Source: Adineta vaga
Lineage: Eukaryota; Animalia; Rotifera
Direction of reading: 5' to 3'
DNA: 64,000 nucleotides
NCBI GenBank assembly: GCA_021613535.1
Contig: CP075495.1
Coordinates: 10,726,001 to 10,790,000, forward strand
Below are positions 25,571-38,424 of this stretch, one piece after another (the first letter of the stretch is position 1; every line of letters starts with the position of its first letter). The notes beneath the pieces were generated by a model that had not been told where the DNA came from, searched no databases, and saw only the letters and a list, made by a program, of their open reading frames with translations. Both the position numbers and the translations under genes were made by a program.

Positions 25571-26678
25571 TCATGCTAACGGTTTGATTTCATCTGGTAC
25601 TGTTAATTTCTTTGTTTCAATCCATGATTGCAATTGTTTCTTCCTAAAAAATAAAGAACAGAGTAAAATGAATTTCCCACTCTTCTCCGCTATCTTACCA
25701 TATAGGTCTTTGAGATAATGGTGGAAAACCATCATTTTTCAGTAGATGATGAGTTGTAGCAAATGATCGAACAGCTGTCTATAATGAACAAATAGTTTAA
25801 TCAATTTTTTGTCGATTTTATTCACGATTCTGATTATCTTCAGAAAGAATCATAGATGAAAACTGAATAGAAAAGATCTTTTCCAAAGGGCATGATAATT
25901 CGATGCCAAAGGCATCAATAAATTCTCAGAGAATTTTTCTTCTAATTATGTTATCAAAATATATTAGTTTGGGCATTTTCATAATCCATTTCCGATTTTC
26001 TTTTCGAGCATCTTACAAATACAATTGTTTATTAAAGAAAAGAAAATGACTTGTGTAACATTCAAATGTATAGTATAGGAGCGAATAGAAAATGAATAGA
26101 AGATAATATAATTGGCAAACAACTCAATTTGTCGATCGTGATATTGTATCACTTAATCGAGATATTGAAGAAGTTTTGTTTAGCATACAAAATAATCGAC
26201 TTGGAATACGTTTCTCTTTACAGACTTTCTTCTATGAAATGTTTTTCTGTATTGAGTTATTTATAAGTAATATTCTATTATATGGGAGTATTCAGATCTT
26301 TTTTCTTACAGAAAAAAAAACAACTGATTGAAATTTTTAAAAATATTCTTACCCAAAACCGTTTGCATGTTTTATAGTTCTCTACTTCAGCATCACATTT
26401 ATGTTGATCATCGCTGTGCATCAATATACAAGAACTGGCTATTTCAGATTCCTAAATAGAAAATAAACAATCAATCATGAAATATTTCATTGAACTTAAT
26501 CGAAATATAAGTTATCTACGAATGAAATAAACTATTTTACTTTTAAGCAAGGATTGAGTTCTTGTTGTCGATTATCAAAGAATTTCCTTCGTTTATCCGT
26601 TGGTAAATCTTGATATCGAAAAGTGCCTGGTTTGTACGAGATATTTTCATTCACAATATCGTTCGTTGTTGATGACAT
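25571..26678 (-). CDS. CHCHD7: Twin CX9C mitochondrial protein CHCHD7/COX23 (4 exons; absent from the ORF track)
   Basis: MSSTTND...NPCLK|ESEIASSCILMHSDDQHKCDAEVENYKTCKRFW|TAVRSF...FPPLSQRPIW|KKQL...KPLA*. Two CX9C motifs and the NPC..ES..S..C / YK.C.RFW signature. Confidence 0.8.
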
Positions 26679-27028
26679 CTAAAAAGCGATTGTCTATATT
26701 TTTCTCTGTCTTTTAATGGATTCGAAACAAACAAACAAATCAATTCAATAGAGTATTCAAAAACACAAATCATCACCACGTTTTATTCATGAACTTATCA
26801 GGAAAAGAAAAACAATAAACAATAACAATAGCAAGCAACGAAGAACAAACTAAATGAAACAGAGATTAGAGATAATTTCACTGAATTTTCTTCACAAATA
26901 TCGCTTCACCGATACGATAGAAAAGAAAATAAAGAACAGTAATTACTAATAGCGACATGCGCACATATTTCTTTTTGAATGTTCAATGCATATCTTAGCA
27001 GCTAAAATAAATTCAAGCACCTTGTTTT

Positions 27029-30000
27029 TCATATTGTAGAAAAGACATCTTCTTGATCGATAGATCGTGATATTGTTGGTGGTGATGTATCACGATGAAA
27101 ATGATTTGTTTTCGATGGCATTTGAGGAGAATGAGATATCTCTGTTGTCGAACTAATATTTCCACTTGGACCATAGAGAATATCTTCATTATCTGATAAA
27201 ATTGGATCAGTACCAAAATATCGATCACCAAAGTTTCCTAAACCTGGACATATAAAACCTGTATCTGGATCAAGTTCAGTATCACATGCTGTTGTAACTA
27301 TCTTAACTTTTGGAAATGCATAAGCAACAGTTTGAACACCTATATTTAGAACAAAAGTTTTTCTCAAAAACAAAATGAAATTATTGAAAACAAGCCTTGT
27401 TCGGATACTAATAATGACAGTAGAGCAATTTTATCTTCAGGAACATTATGATCTAATAAAACTCGTATTGCCATTAAAGCAGCTGCTCCAGTAGCTAAAA
27501 TAAATATAAGATTTTGATAGAAATTCGTCAAATGAAAAGAAAACGATTACCAATTGTAGCATCAAGAATAAATACATAAGCATTGGCAATATCTCGAGGT
27601 AATCGAAGAAAATGAAGCTATTCATTTAGAATGATAAATAAATAGAAAGTTCTATTCAATTTTTTTTGTTTTACCTCTGGTTCATAAGTAATTTGATTTG
27701 TTTGAATTAAAATTTTACCAATTTTTGCATCTTTATAAACTTCACTTAATGCTGGTTCTAAACATTCACCGGCTCGGACAATTGATACACCACACACCTA
27801 TTCAATAAATACATTTATTCATTACTTCTTCAACGAAAAGATTCAAAACAAAATTTGCTTACATCAGCGTACACATGTTTTTTTCCTTTATATAAAAGAC
27901 TTTGTGGTGTTTCAACTGTTACATCCTAAAGTAATATTAAAAAACTCTTCGAAACTATTTCCTAAATGTTCAATTACTTCAAAAGGTAATAATGAAAGTG
28001 CATATTCAATTAATACACGCATAAGACGATTGGAATAAAAAATAAATTCATTTCGAAGTGTTTGTTTGTTTCTAAAATCCAATTTTTGTTTTGAAGCGTA
28101 TTATTTGACAACACAACTTATCTCTACCTTATGATTGTATGAAGATATTTAATTTGTGCTGTTTGTTCGACAAGATAAAATGTATCAGGCATAGGTAAAT
28201 CTCGCATAGATCCAAGATTATTGACAAGTTCATTTCTTACTTTTACACCACGCTAATTATGTACAAAATGGATTATTCAAAATTAACAAAACGATTACGT
28301 CATTCAACATACATTATGAAGTTCACGATTGACATGACGTACAATTAAATCGATGGCAATTTTATTTTCACCACCTAGAAACAATGACAAAATGACTCAA
28401 GCTCAGAATATAATCTATATTAAATCGCGTCATTGAGCGACTATCAGAGATGTGTAGGAACATGATCCCAGATGAAAGTTTAATATAGTTTATGCATGAC
28501 AATTATTGACATCAATTCGTCACAGTATTTTGTTAATTTGACATGTGCGCAGTGATTAAATACCGTATCAAACATGACAAACAAGACGTGTTTATTCTAT
28601 TCAAAATCACGAACAAAACGATTCTTTCATTAGGTACATAATCGACTGTATCTAGGTAATCATCTATACAAAAAAACTATGCTATTCACGCATATTCAAC
28701 CCTGGAATTGATATGAAAAAGAAAGGTTGCAAAACTAATCTTGTTATTTACATGAAATCTAATGGCATTTCGATTATTTGCGTTCTATTCGAAAATATGC
28801 GAATAGAAAAACTAGTTTTTTTTACCTCTCGGAACAATTAGATCTGCGTAAATCATTGTTGGAGCTATATAATGATCGTAGGATGGTTTAACAAAACGTG
28901 TATATTGTTGGATAACACCATCGATATCTCGACCACGTTCGGTTATATCACGCTCCAATCGACGTGCCAGACGAATGTCTGCATCCGTATCAACGAATAT
29001 TTTCATATCAAGAATCTGTAGAAAAAAAACAATTTCCAATCTGAATTCTATTTCACGAATATCTTTCATATGAGATTACATACGTCAAGAATCTCTTTGC
29101 TAGCAAATGACAAAATGCCTTCAAAAATGACTACATTAGCACCATAAAGTATTTTCTATTGATAAAAAAAAAGTGAATAAATCGAAAGAATTCATTTATT
29201 GAACATACTGTATGAGATTCACGTGAATGAGTAGTAAAATTATATAGAGGAATATCAACCTAAATCCAAAATCAAGAGAAATGATATTATGAGATATTTT
29301 TCTACAAGAAATTTGACTGTACTTGTCTACCCATTTTAAGATTTTTCAATGTTTCAAGTAAAAGATCAAAATCAAATGCATCCGGATGATCAAAATTATA
29401 ATTATTTTCACTCGCAAGTTCGTGTTGTTCATCATCGAGTACCTGAATTCAATACCAATGAAACAAATCATTATAAAAATCTCTTTCTTTATACTTTATA
29501 AAATGAATCCATGCTTAATAAAGTAACCCATGGTACATTTAATTTTTCAACAATATTTTGTGCAACAGTTGTTTTACCACTTGCACTACCTCCGCAAATA
29601 CCAATCATAAAGGCTTCTTTAATTTCACCTGTTGCATTGTACCAAGCAGGTCGACCTGTTTATTTGATGTTCATAAAGAAAAACAAGATTTCAAACAAAC
29701 CATTCCTTTATTTGACAAAGATACCTGCTGTATAAATAGGTTTTTGTCCACGAAAAGATATTCGATCATCACCGGAACGACTAGTTGTACGTAGACGTCG
29801 TCGACGCATTTTTGTAGCTGGAGTTGAAGGTGTTGACGGTGATGTTGCAGTAAGTGGCTTACCATTTATGTTATTTTTTTGTTTAGTATAAAAACTTACA
29901 CGACGTTTCGCTAGTGTTGGTGAAATATTTGTTGGATCATTTTGAAATATTTCATCATCATTATTTGAATCACTGAAAAATCAAAAGAATCAAATGATTT

Positions 30001-30139
30001 TTAAAAGTCTGTTACTTTATAGAAGAAAAGGTTTTTGATTAATTCATTTGTTAGAAGAGTTAAACATAATATCTCTCACCATGTCAGCACGATCATCATT
30101 AGTTAGATTAGAGTCATTTGTTAAAATTGATTTTTCCAT
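27029..30139 (-). CDS. UCKL1: Uridine-cytidine kinase-like 1 (UCK domain + UPRTase-like domain)
   Basis: [58 protein letters not shown], then UPRT-like SIVRAGE and [15 protein letters not shown]. Confidence 0.93.
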
Positions 30140-30806
30140 ATTTTTCACACTTTCTCTGGATATAGGCTCTTTCTGAAATATCTACGAGTTGATTTCAACT
30201 ATACAATCACTTGTATGAAGTAAGTTATAAATAACATACATGTGACTAAACTCAATGCTTTCACCCGATTCTTTTTCTTTTCCTCTCATTTAATACACTT
30301 AGACATATAGGTATATATATATACATTCATGAGAAAAATCGCAACAAAAAAAAATAAAGCATAATATACATGCCTTAGCTAAACATGAAGCAAACGTTTA
30401 GTATAATTACTTGTAAGAAAAGAAAAGAAAATTCAACGCTTTTTTGCGTTTCTATCAGAGATGAAAGAAAATATAAAAGTCAATAATTTAAAAAATAAAA
30501 AAACAAACAAAAAATGAAATAAAAATTCAACTAAACGTACCTGTCAGTAGTACCTGAATGTCGTCGATACGTGCTCATTTTTGCGAAAAGTATCTATCTA
30601 CGATTAAAATAAATCTCATGTAGTTATAGAATTTTTTCTAAATAATTTCATTTGTTTGTTTTTTTTTGTCGTATAAATGTATGTGTCAATTTTTATTTTA
30701 TTTGAAAGAGTTTTTGAACACATACATAGAAAACAAAACGAATAATGATGATGTTACTGAGATGATTTGTTTTCATATTCTTATTGTTAATTGTTCGTGT
30801 GGATGT

Positions 30807-31574
30807 TTAATAGAGACGTTGTGGTTTACCCATGCTTGATTTGACGTAAAGTGCACGAACATTTTGCCAATTTTTTTTAAGTAATGAAACAAGAAAGTTA
30901 ACTGATAAATTGATGTTAGCAGCTAATTCTTCTTGTGTCATTTTTACATTACCAACAGCAACAGCTAAACAAATGGTTTTCTTGGCTTGAAATTTAATTG
31001 TTGATTTAAGTTCTTCAACTTTTTGTACCAATGAATCACTGTGTGTAATAGCTGTTGGAAATTTACCGGCTTTATTTAAACCAGGTCCTGAAGAGAGAAA
31101 GAAAGATTATTATATATGAAAATGTTGAATTTCAACATCTATACCAAGAATACGAGGGATTTGTCGAATGACAACATCAGATGCAAGAAAAGCATCATAT
31201 TGATGTGAAAGTTTTCGTACGAGCTTTTTATCCTTGTTTAATTTTTTTAATTCATCAACAGTCATTGCTGGAATATTATTAGCACGTGCTTCATCACAAT
31301 GACTTTCGTCACCCAAAACACAAACAGTAAATTTTGGTTTGGGAATATGACGAAGACGTACAGTACCACTGAAACGTTTGTCACGTGAAGGATCAAAATT
31401 TTTAAGAACAATTTGTAATTCAACTGTTTCGACAAAAGCACGTTTCTTGGTGTCATTGGAATAAGTTAAAACATTATTTGCCGTTTCCATAAGCATATCC
31501 TAGTTTTTAAAAGACAAATTACATTCAATATGATCCCTGAATTTGAATCTTACACGAGTGATTTTTGACGACAT
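30807..31574 (-). CDS. RPL10A: 60S ribosomal protein L10a (uL1), 3 exons
   Basis: MSSKITR|..[33 protein letters not shown]|[33 protein letters not shown]. Confidence 0.97.
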
Positions 31575-32667
31575 GTTGAGATGATGCGAGTTTTAAATTC
31601 GATCTAAAATAATGTATAAAAATTAATATAAAATATAGTTCTGATGTCTAAATAATTTGTTGTAGATGCAGATTTAGAGAAGCTAAAAAATAAACAAGCC
31701 GTCTCGTCTCGTCTTCGACTGGTGATCCAACGAATACCATTGAACATTTTGGCAAATATTATTTCAAGAATATTTTTGATTAAAAATCAAAGTATTCTTT
31801 GATCTTATCGTACTGAAATTATAAAATCACTTTTTAGACTAAAATTCGATTATGACAGTAAGTTATTAATGCACTTCAATACTTACTGATTTGTACCAAT
31901 CAAAAACCAGAGATCTCTTGAACAGTGAATTGTACATATCTATACCTACCTACCGAACCGATTCTTATTCTTATGACTACGTGACATCATATCATATCGT
32001 AATCTTTAATTAACATCGAGCATACTGTGCTATTCCCTGTTTCTCAGCAATAAACACTATCAACTATTGATGCGAATGCAGTTTCTCAAGCATTAAAGAT
32101 AGGTAGCAGTGAATTCTATGAATAAGAAGGCGAGAAACAGCATTGATCGAACTATTCTATATACAAGAAACTGTGAATTTCTTTCAACACACATGGCCAG
32201 ATGAAGACAACTGACTCTTGATACAGATGGCACTAGTCCACGTTGTCGTTGATTATGAAAAATAATGATTTTTTCGATATATTTTCGACAATATAATTGT
32301 ATATGAAAAAAATATTTTGTTGAAAATATATTTCTGAAAATTTTTCTAACCATAATTTGAATGTTTCGTTAATGCTAGAACGAACCTAATGCCATCTAGA
32401 AGGTCATTTTGACATTTCTTATTCTATCTAACCAATAACTACGATTTACTAGTAGGAAGGAATTTGATATTAAAATATTTCGTTGCGGGAGATGATTGGC
32501 CACAAAAACGTTAACTAATTTTCACACTGAAATATCAAGTTAAATATCAAGAATATAGTCGAATTAAACTCATAGTTTTATATTAATATTAAAAATCATT
32601 ATGTAACCTATTGTTTATTATCGTATATATATTCAATTCTATTCTCAACATTATAGTAAATATTCGA

Positions 32668-34021
32668 ATGGCAGTAGCTGCAGATGTGACTGCTCAATCG
32701 CTCAGTAATAAAATAAATCGTGACGATGATGACGACAAGAAAGAATTATCCGTCAATAAAAAATCACACATACATGAACATCCTTTTTTCAAAGAAGTAG
32801 ACTTTTCCTATAGTTTTTGTTTTTTTTCATCAACCTATTTTTTAACATTTTAGTTTGCTACTAGTGGTTTAAGTGTTTCTATTGCCAATGTTGTTACATT
32901 ACCAAGTAAGAACGAACAAATTTTATTTGATTACCTTTTTTTTCTAAATGATTATGTAATTTATTTAGTTGAAGTATTAAAAGTACGTTTACAATTAGCA
33001 AATGCAGCGATGACCACATCAGAGGCAGCAATGGCAGCAGGTTTCATTGAAACAACAAAGAGAATCTATCAGCAAGAAGGCATTCGAGCATTTTATTCTG
33101 GTCTTATGCCGGCAATTGTTCGTGGACTATTTTATGGTGGTGTACGACTTGGTAAATCTATCAAGAAAAAAAAAGAAAACATTTGATCAATAAAAATTTC
33201 TTTCATAATTTGACAGGTGCTTATGGGCCAATAAAAAATATTCTGAAACGTGTTGTCACTGATGATAAACAAGCAACTGTGAAATTTATTCGTAATGTTT
33301 CTGCTGGTTGTATATCAGGTTGCATAGCAGCTGTAGCATCGAATCCAGTAGATCTATGTAAAACAAAATTACAAGCAAAAAATTCTCCATATACATCATC
33401 CATACATGTGATTAAAGATGTTATTCAACATCATGGAATTAAAGGTCTATGGGTTGGTACTGTACCAGCAGCGATTCGAACAGGTTTGAAAAAGAAAAAG
33501 AACAATTATGTATGATGCAATATTTCATTATTTGAATTTTCATTTTAGCTGCTCTTACAGCGGCACAATGTGTAACATATGATCATGCCAAACGTTTTTG
33601 GATTCGAATAACAGGTTGGGGTGAAGGAATTAAATTACATTTAGGTGCATCATTAATTACTGGGTAAGTTATTTGAAAATGTTTCTTAGAAATAGTTCGT
33701 ATTTTTTTTTGAATTAATCTTAGACTTGTTACAACAACAATCACTGCACCACTTGATACAATTAAAACAAATATGTATGCATCAGGAGATTATGGTGTTA
33801 TTGAATTTACAAATAAAATTGTGCATAAAGAAGGTTTCCGAGGTCTCCTACGAGGTTGGACGGCCGCATATGTCAGACTTGGTAAATTATTGAAATATTT
33901 CATTCTTTGTTTTGCATACAAAAAAAGATTGATTCATTTCTGTCTTCTAGGGCCCCAAACGACAGTTATCTTTCTTGTCATGGAAAAATTGCGTCAATTT
34001 TCTGGGCTTTCAGCATTATGA
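32668..34021 (+). CDS. Mitochondrial carrier (SLC25), UcpB-like, 7 exons
   Basis: Three Px[DE]xxK repeats (PIEVLKVRLQ, PVDLCKTKLQ, PLDTIKTNM), RGLFYGGVRLG, AALTAAQCVTYD, YVRLGPQT. Confidence 0.92.
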
Positions 34022-34404
34022 AAATACTTTTAATTGATCAGGTTTATACATTTTCTAGTCTATTTGTCTTAGCTATTGTTTATACTTTCTATTCTTTTTC
34101 CATTCGACTCCTTTTTTCGCACTACATATATCTGAGGCATGTAGACAACAAACTTTCTCTTTCGTTTGTTTTTTTTATGCAAAACTTGAGTGTCAAGATT
34201 AATATGTAATCACGATTCTGATGGTATAACCAACACAATGCATGTCTGACGAATGGATCTTTGTATCTTGTAGATTAGATTGGATTAGTTATGTTAAATA
34301 GTTATTTTATTAAGGTTTTCAATGTGAAAATATCGAAAAAAGCTCGAAATTTTTCTAATGATTCAAAATGCCATCGTTCTTTTTAGATATTCTTGAGCTA
34401 TTTC

Positions 34405-37400
34405 ATGCATTTAGTCAAATATCTCTTCATTTATTTTTTCATCTGTCTATGCCATTTATCAGCCAATAACAATAATAACTTTAATCCATATGAAGTTCTT
34501 GATTTACCTCGTACTGCATCAGATAAAGATATTCGTCAAGCTTATAAAAAATTAGCCAGACATTGGCATCCTGATAAAAATTCCGAACCAAATGCTCATG
34601 ATAAATTCACGCAAATCAATGCAGCTTATGAAGTAAATCTCTATTTTGAAGATCATTCAAAGAGCAAACTTTATTTCGTTTTTCTTCTTCTTCTAGATTC
34701 TTTCTGATTCAACCAAACGACAAAATTATGATGAATATGGTACAACTTCACAAGACGCTCATCGTGGCTTTAATACAAATCATTTTCGTGATCCTTTCGA
34801 TATGTTTCGTGCACATTTTAGTGATTTTCATTTCTTTCAAGAAGCTCCATCAGGTGCCAAAAAAACTATTCATACACGGTAGGATCATTTTCAATATGAA
34901 ATCATAAAGAAATTTCCATTCTTATTTCGTTATTTTAGTGAATTTTTAAATAATATTTTACCGAATAGTGATAAGAAACCATATGTGCTTTTTGGTAGTA
35001 CGAATTTTTGTTTAAAGTGTCGTCAACCATTATTGATATTTCGTTCTCTGGAAAAACAATTTAACGATGTTGGAATTGGTACAGCTGAATTTAATGTTAA
35101 TGATCAACGTTTAAGTAATGAATTAGGAATCTTTAATAGTCCATCTTTATGCGTAATTAGTCAACGACGTGTTTATCATTTTAATGATCATGGCAGACCG
35201 AGTCATTATACAGAAGCAAATATCAAAGAATTTGTGAGGAAATCTATACCAATTAAACGTTATATCAAAATAGTAAGTGAAAAGCAATAATTCATGTTTA
35301 TATCTAAACTCTTTTGTCATTGATATTCTTTCTCTAGTTAGAAACTGCCGATGATATTTTATCATTAATATCATCCTACAATCAGTCGAATCAAGTTCAT
35401 GCAATATTAATCACACGACAAAAGACACCCACATTGAAATTTGTTATCCCGTGTTTACAACATATTTCTCGAATACAATGTGCTGTATTTAATTCATGTA
35501 TGATAAAAAGAACCATAGTATTTTTTACCTATTTGATTTTCTCGCCTTGTTTTTGAACAGCTGTGATACTGACGAATCAATTACCATCATTTCTTAAACA
35601 AATTTCGACAATGTCTGATACAATTTTATTATTTAAAGAAGATAAAAATCCGGTAGTTATTATTAAAGAAGTAAGTAAATGAAATAATCTATAACTTTTA
35701 ATCATCTGTTGGCATTGTTAATGTTTAGCATGAATTCACTTTTTCAAATATTCTAAAATCATTTGAATCAAATCAACTTTTGCATTTACCAACAATTACA
35801 AGTTCGAATGTATTCAATTTAGTGTGTCAAACAAATTCTGCAAAGTATGTTGTCTTCCTTGATAGACTGATATTGAGCACAGAAGAAAGATTTTCTGATT
35901 CAATCTTAATTGAATGTTCACATAGCATAAAAAAATTCTCTTCAATATTAAATAACGAAACTTCCATATGATAATTCTTCTTTACTTACAGGCCATGTTT
36001 TTTAATTATTGGTGATTCATCACTCTTCGAAACATATCGTACATCTTTTTTATTTCTTGCTCAACAATTATTTCAACAATATGGAACACGTATGGCATAT
36101 CTTGATACTTCATCAACAAAACAAATAGGTTTTAGTAAAATTCTTACATCTATTTATCAACCTAATGATAAAAAACTCTTCGTAAGTTACTCATCATATT
36201 TTAAACTAAAGAAAAAAGAAAACAGTATCTTTGTCTTCATAGATTATTGTTATTCGTCGATGGTTTGATGATACTATTGAATTAGTCAATACTGAAATCG
36301 AATTTGATTCAGATTCTTTAAATGAATTGAAACGTAATAATTTCAATATTGTCGCTGATATTGAAGCAAATTTGAAGTTATTCTTAACAACACGTTGGCT
36401 AAATACCAAGAAACATACTTTACCAGTTATATTCAATCTCGATGAAAGAAATGAAGTAAATAAAACTTGATTTATTTAATTTGATTACATTGATTGTTTT
36501 TGATAGAATTTTTTTACAAAACTTCTCAATCAAATTCAAGATAAATGGAACTATTGGTTTGAAAGAAATCCAAGTCTTCGTTCATTGTTAGTTATTAAAT
36601 TTAATTTCTAATTGAAAATTTTCTGGGATTCTTTTTTTTTCATAGATCAGGATATATTTTAACATATCAATTTTGGCTATTTTTTCTTTCAATTATTGGA
36701 TTTATATGGTATTCAAAACGTGATTCAGATAGTCATTTAAATCATCATAATACAAGACAATCTCGAAGATCTTTTGCATCTTCATCACCTCGAAAATCAA
36801 ATGATTTAAAGTAAATTTAATAGGAATGAATCAAACTATTGCAATATTGTGTTCTTCGAAATTTATTTCTAGTCAAGAATCTATTAATGTAACAAAATTG
36901 AAGGAATTCAATGAATCTCTTATTCAACATTATTTAACTCCTGGTGTACCAAATGTTATTGTTTTACTTCTAATTGCTGATTCAATAGATGATTCATGTA
37001 TAGCTCATTTTAATCGACAAATTAATTTAATTCATGAGTATGTATTCGAAGAAAACTTATTCTATGAAAGAAGAAGACATGCTGCCTCTGTTCAATAATT
37101 AAATACCTGTCAAATGAGATTCTTCGTTTTATTACTTCATCTAAATTTGGCTAATTGATATGGAATAAAAATATCTTTTCTTATCATTCATAAAACTTCT
37201 ATTCTAATGATGAGGGAGAAAGAACGCTTAGTTAAGCTTTTTACGTAGTTAGTTCGGTTCTCTGCACATAGCAAATTTCTTCTATATTCTATAAATAATT
37301 ATGTCAAATAGATTCATGCAAATAATTAAGACAAATATGAACCAAAAGAATCCTATTTTTTTTTCTTTATCTGTTAAATACGATGAGAATTAATAACATA

Positions 37401-38007
37401 ATCTTGTGTATTTCTTGATTAATTTAGCTGAAGAGAAATGAAAGAAAATGTAATAAATTCATCAAAATTAGATCTTTTTTTTTGAACAAATGTTTCAAAA
37501 TAGAATGTCGATTAGAATGCACGAGAAAAAAGAACTTCCTTTTTTCATTTAGATCAATGAACAACAAAATATTTTCTTTTTCCGTAATTTTTAATAATGT
37601 TTTTCTTTGTATTTAGTTCTCGAATGATCTTTGCTGTTTTATATCGTGATCGTTCACCGAAATGGCTCAAGGAACTTTCGAATAACATTGAAGATGATCA
37701 AAATCGACGGACGGTTCGATTTATTTCATCCACTGTATTAGCTTTGTATATACGACGAAAATTTTTTGTTCCTTATTGGTCATTATCAAATAATAATGAG
37801 GAAATTCCAGATGAAACTGGTGCTTTCCTTGGATTAGATAATCATAATCATCGTCGTCGTCATTATCGTTCATCATCAACATCATCGACAGATTCGATAG
37901 CATCAACAACGGATTCATTATCATTTTCTGATTGGATTGATCTCCTTTTTGATGGCAATATTAGAAGACCTATTTCCGTAACAGACTGGCCGATGATATT
38001 TCGTTAA
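34405..38007 (+). CDS. DNAJC16: DnaJ C16-like ER protein (signal peptide, J-domain, thioredoxin-like folds, TM helix)
   Basis: Signal peptide, NPYEVL..YKKLARHWHPDKN, CLKC, a TM segment near 36660-36710, and C-terminal WIDLLFDG..V.DWP. Confidence 0.8.
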
Positions 38008-38399
38008 ATTTGTCTTCGTTTTTCTTTTTCTTCTTCTTCCTATACTCTAGTCATTGTTCTAATTGTTTTGTACTGTATACGATTGCTACTGCTGGTTATC
38101 ACACATGCTGTGTTTCATCAATTAGGCTCTCTCTCTTTCGATCTATATGTATGTTCTGTATGCTATTTCTCGTTTTCTGTCTGGTGAAAGCTGATAGTCG
38201 ACAGCAGTAGTACTCATCTTTTACCGATCAATCTAACGCGATAATAAGCCAGCCTCTGGTGCTCTTCGCAGGCGATGACATTGAAAGTGTTCGTTTTTCT
38301 TTCTTTTTTTTCTCGCTACAGTTTATTTGTATTTTTCTTCTTCTTCTTCTTTTTTTCTTACGATTTATTCTATTACAAATAAGAGAGAAAAAAAATCAG

Positions 38400-38424
38400 T
38401 GAATGAATGAATGAATGAATGAAT
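38400..38424. repeat. (GAAT)n microsatellite
   Basis: Seen directly. Confidence 0.9.

Noticed and set aside
25571-25853. Separate small mitochondrial gene starting at ATG 25853
   Set aside because: That ATG frame stops quickly; the downstream exons are explained as the CHCHD7 C-terminus.
26278-26304. Alternative short last exon for CHCHD7 (KKDLNTPI*)
   Set aside because: The exon at ~25778 continues in phase and matches the family C-terminus (V R...PP..R...K) better. The short form cannot be excluded as an isoform.
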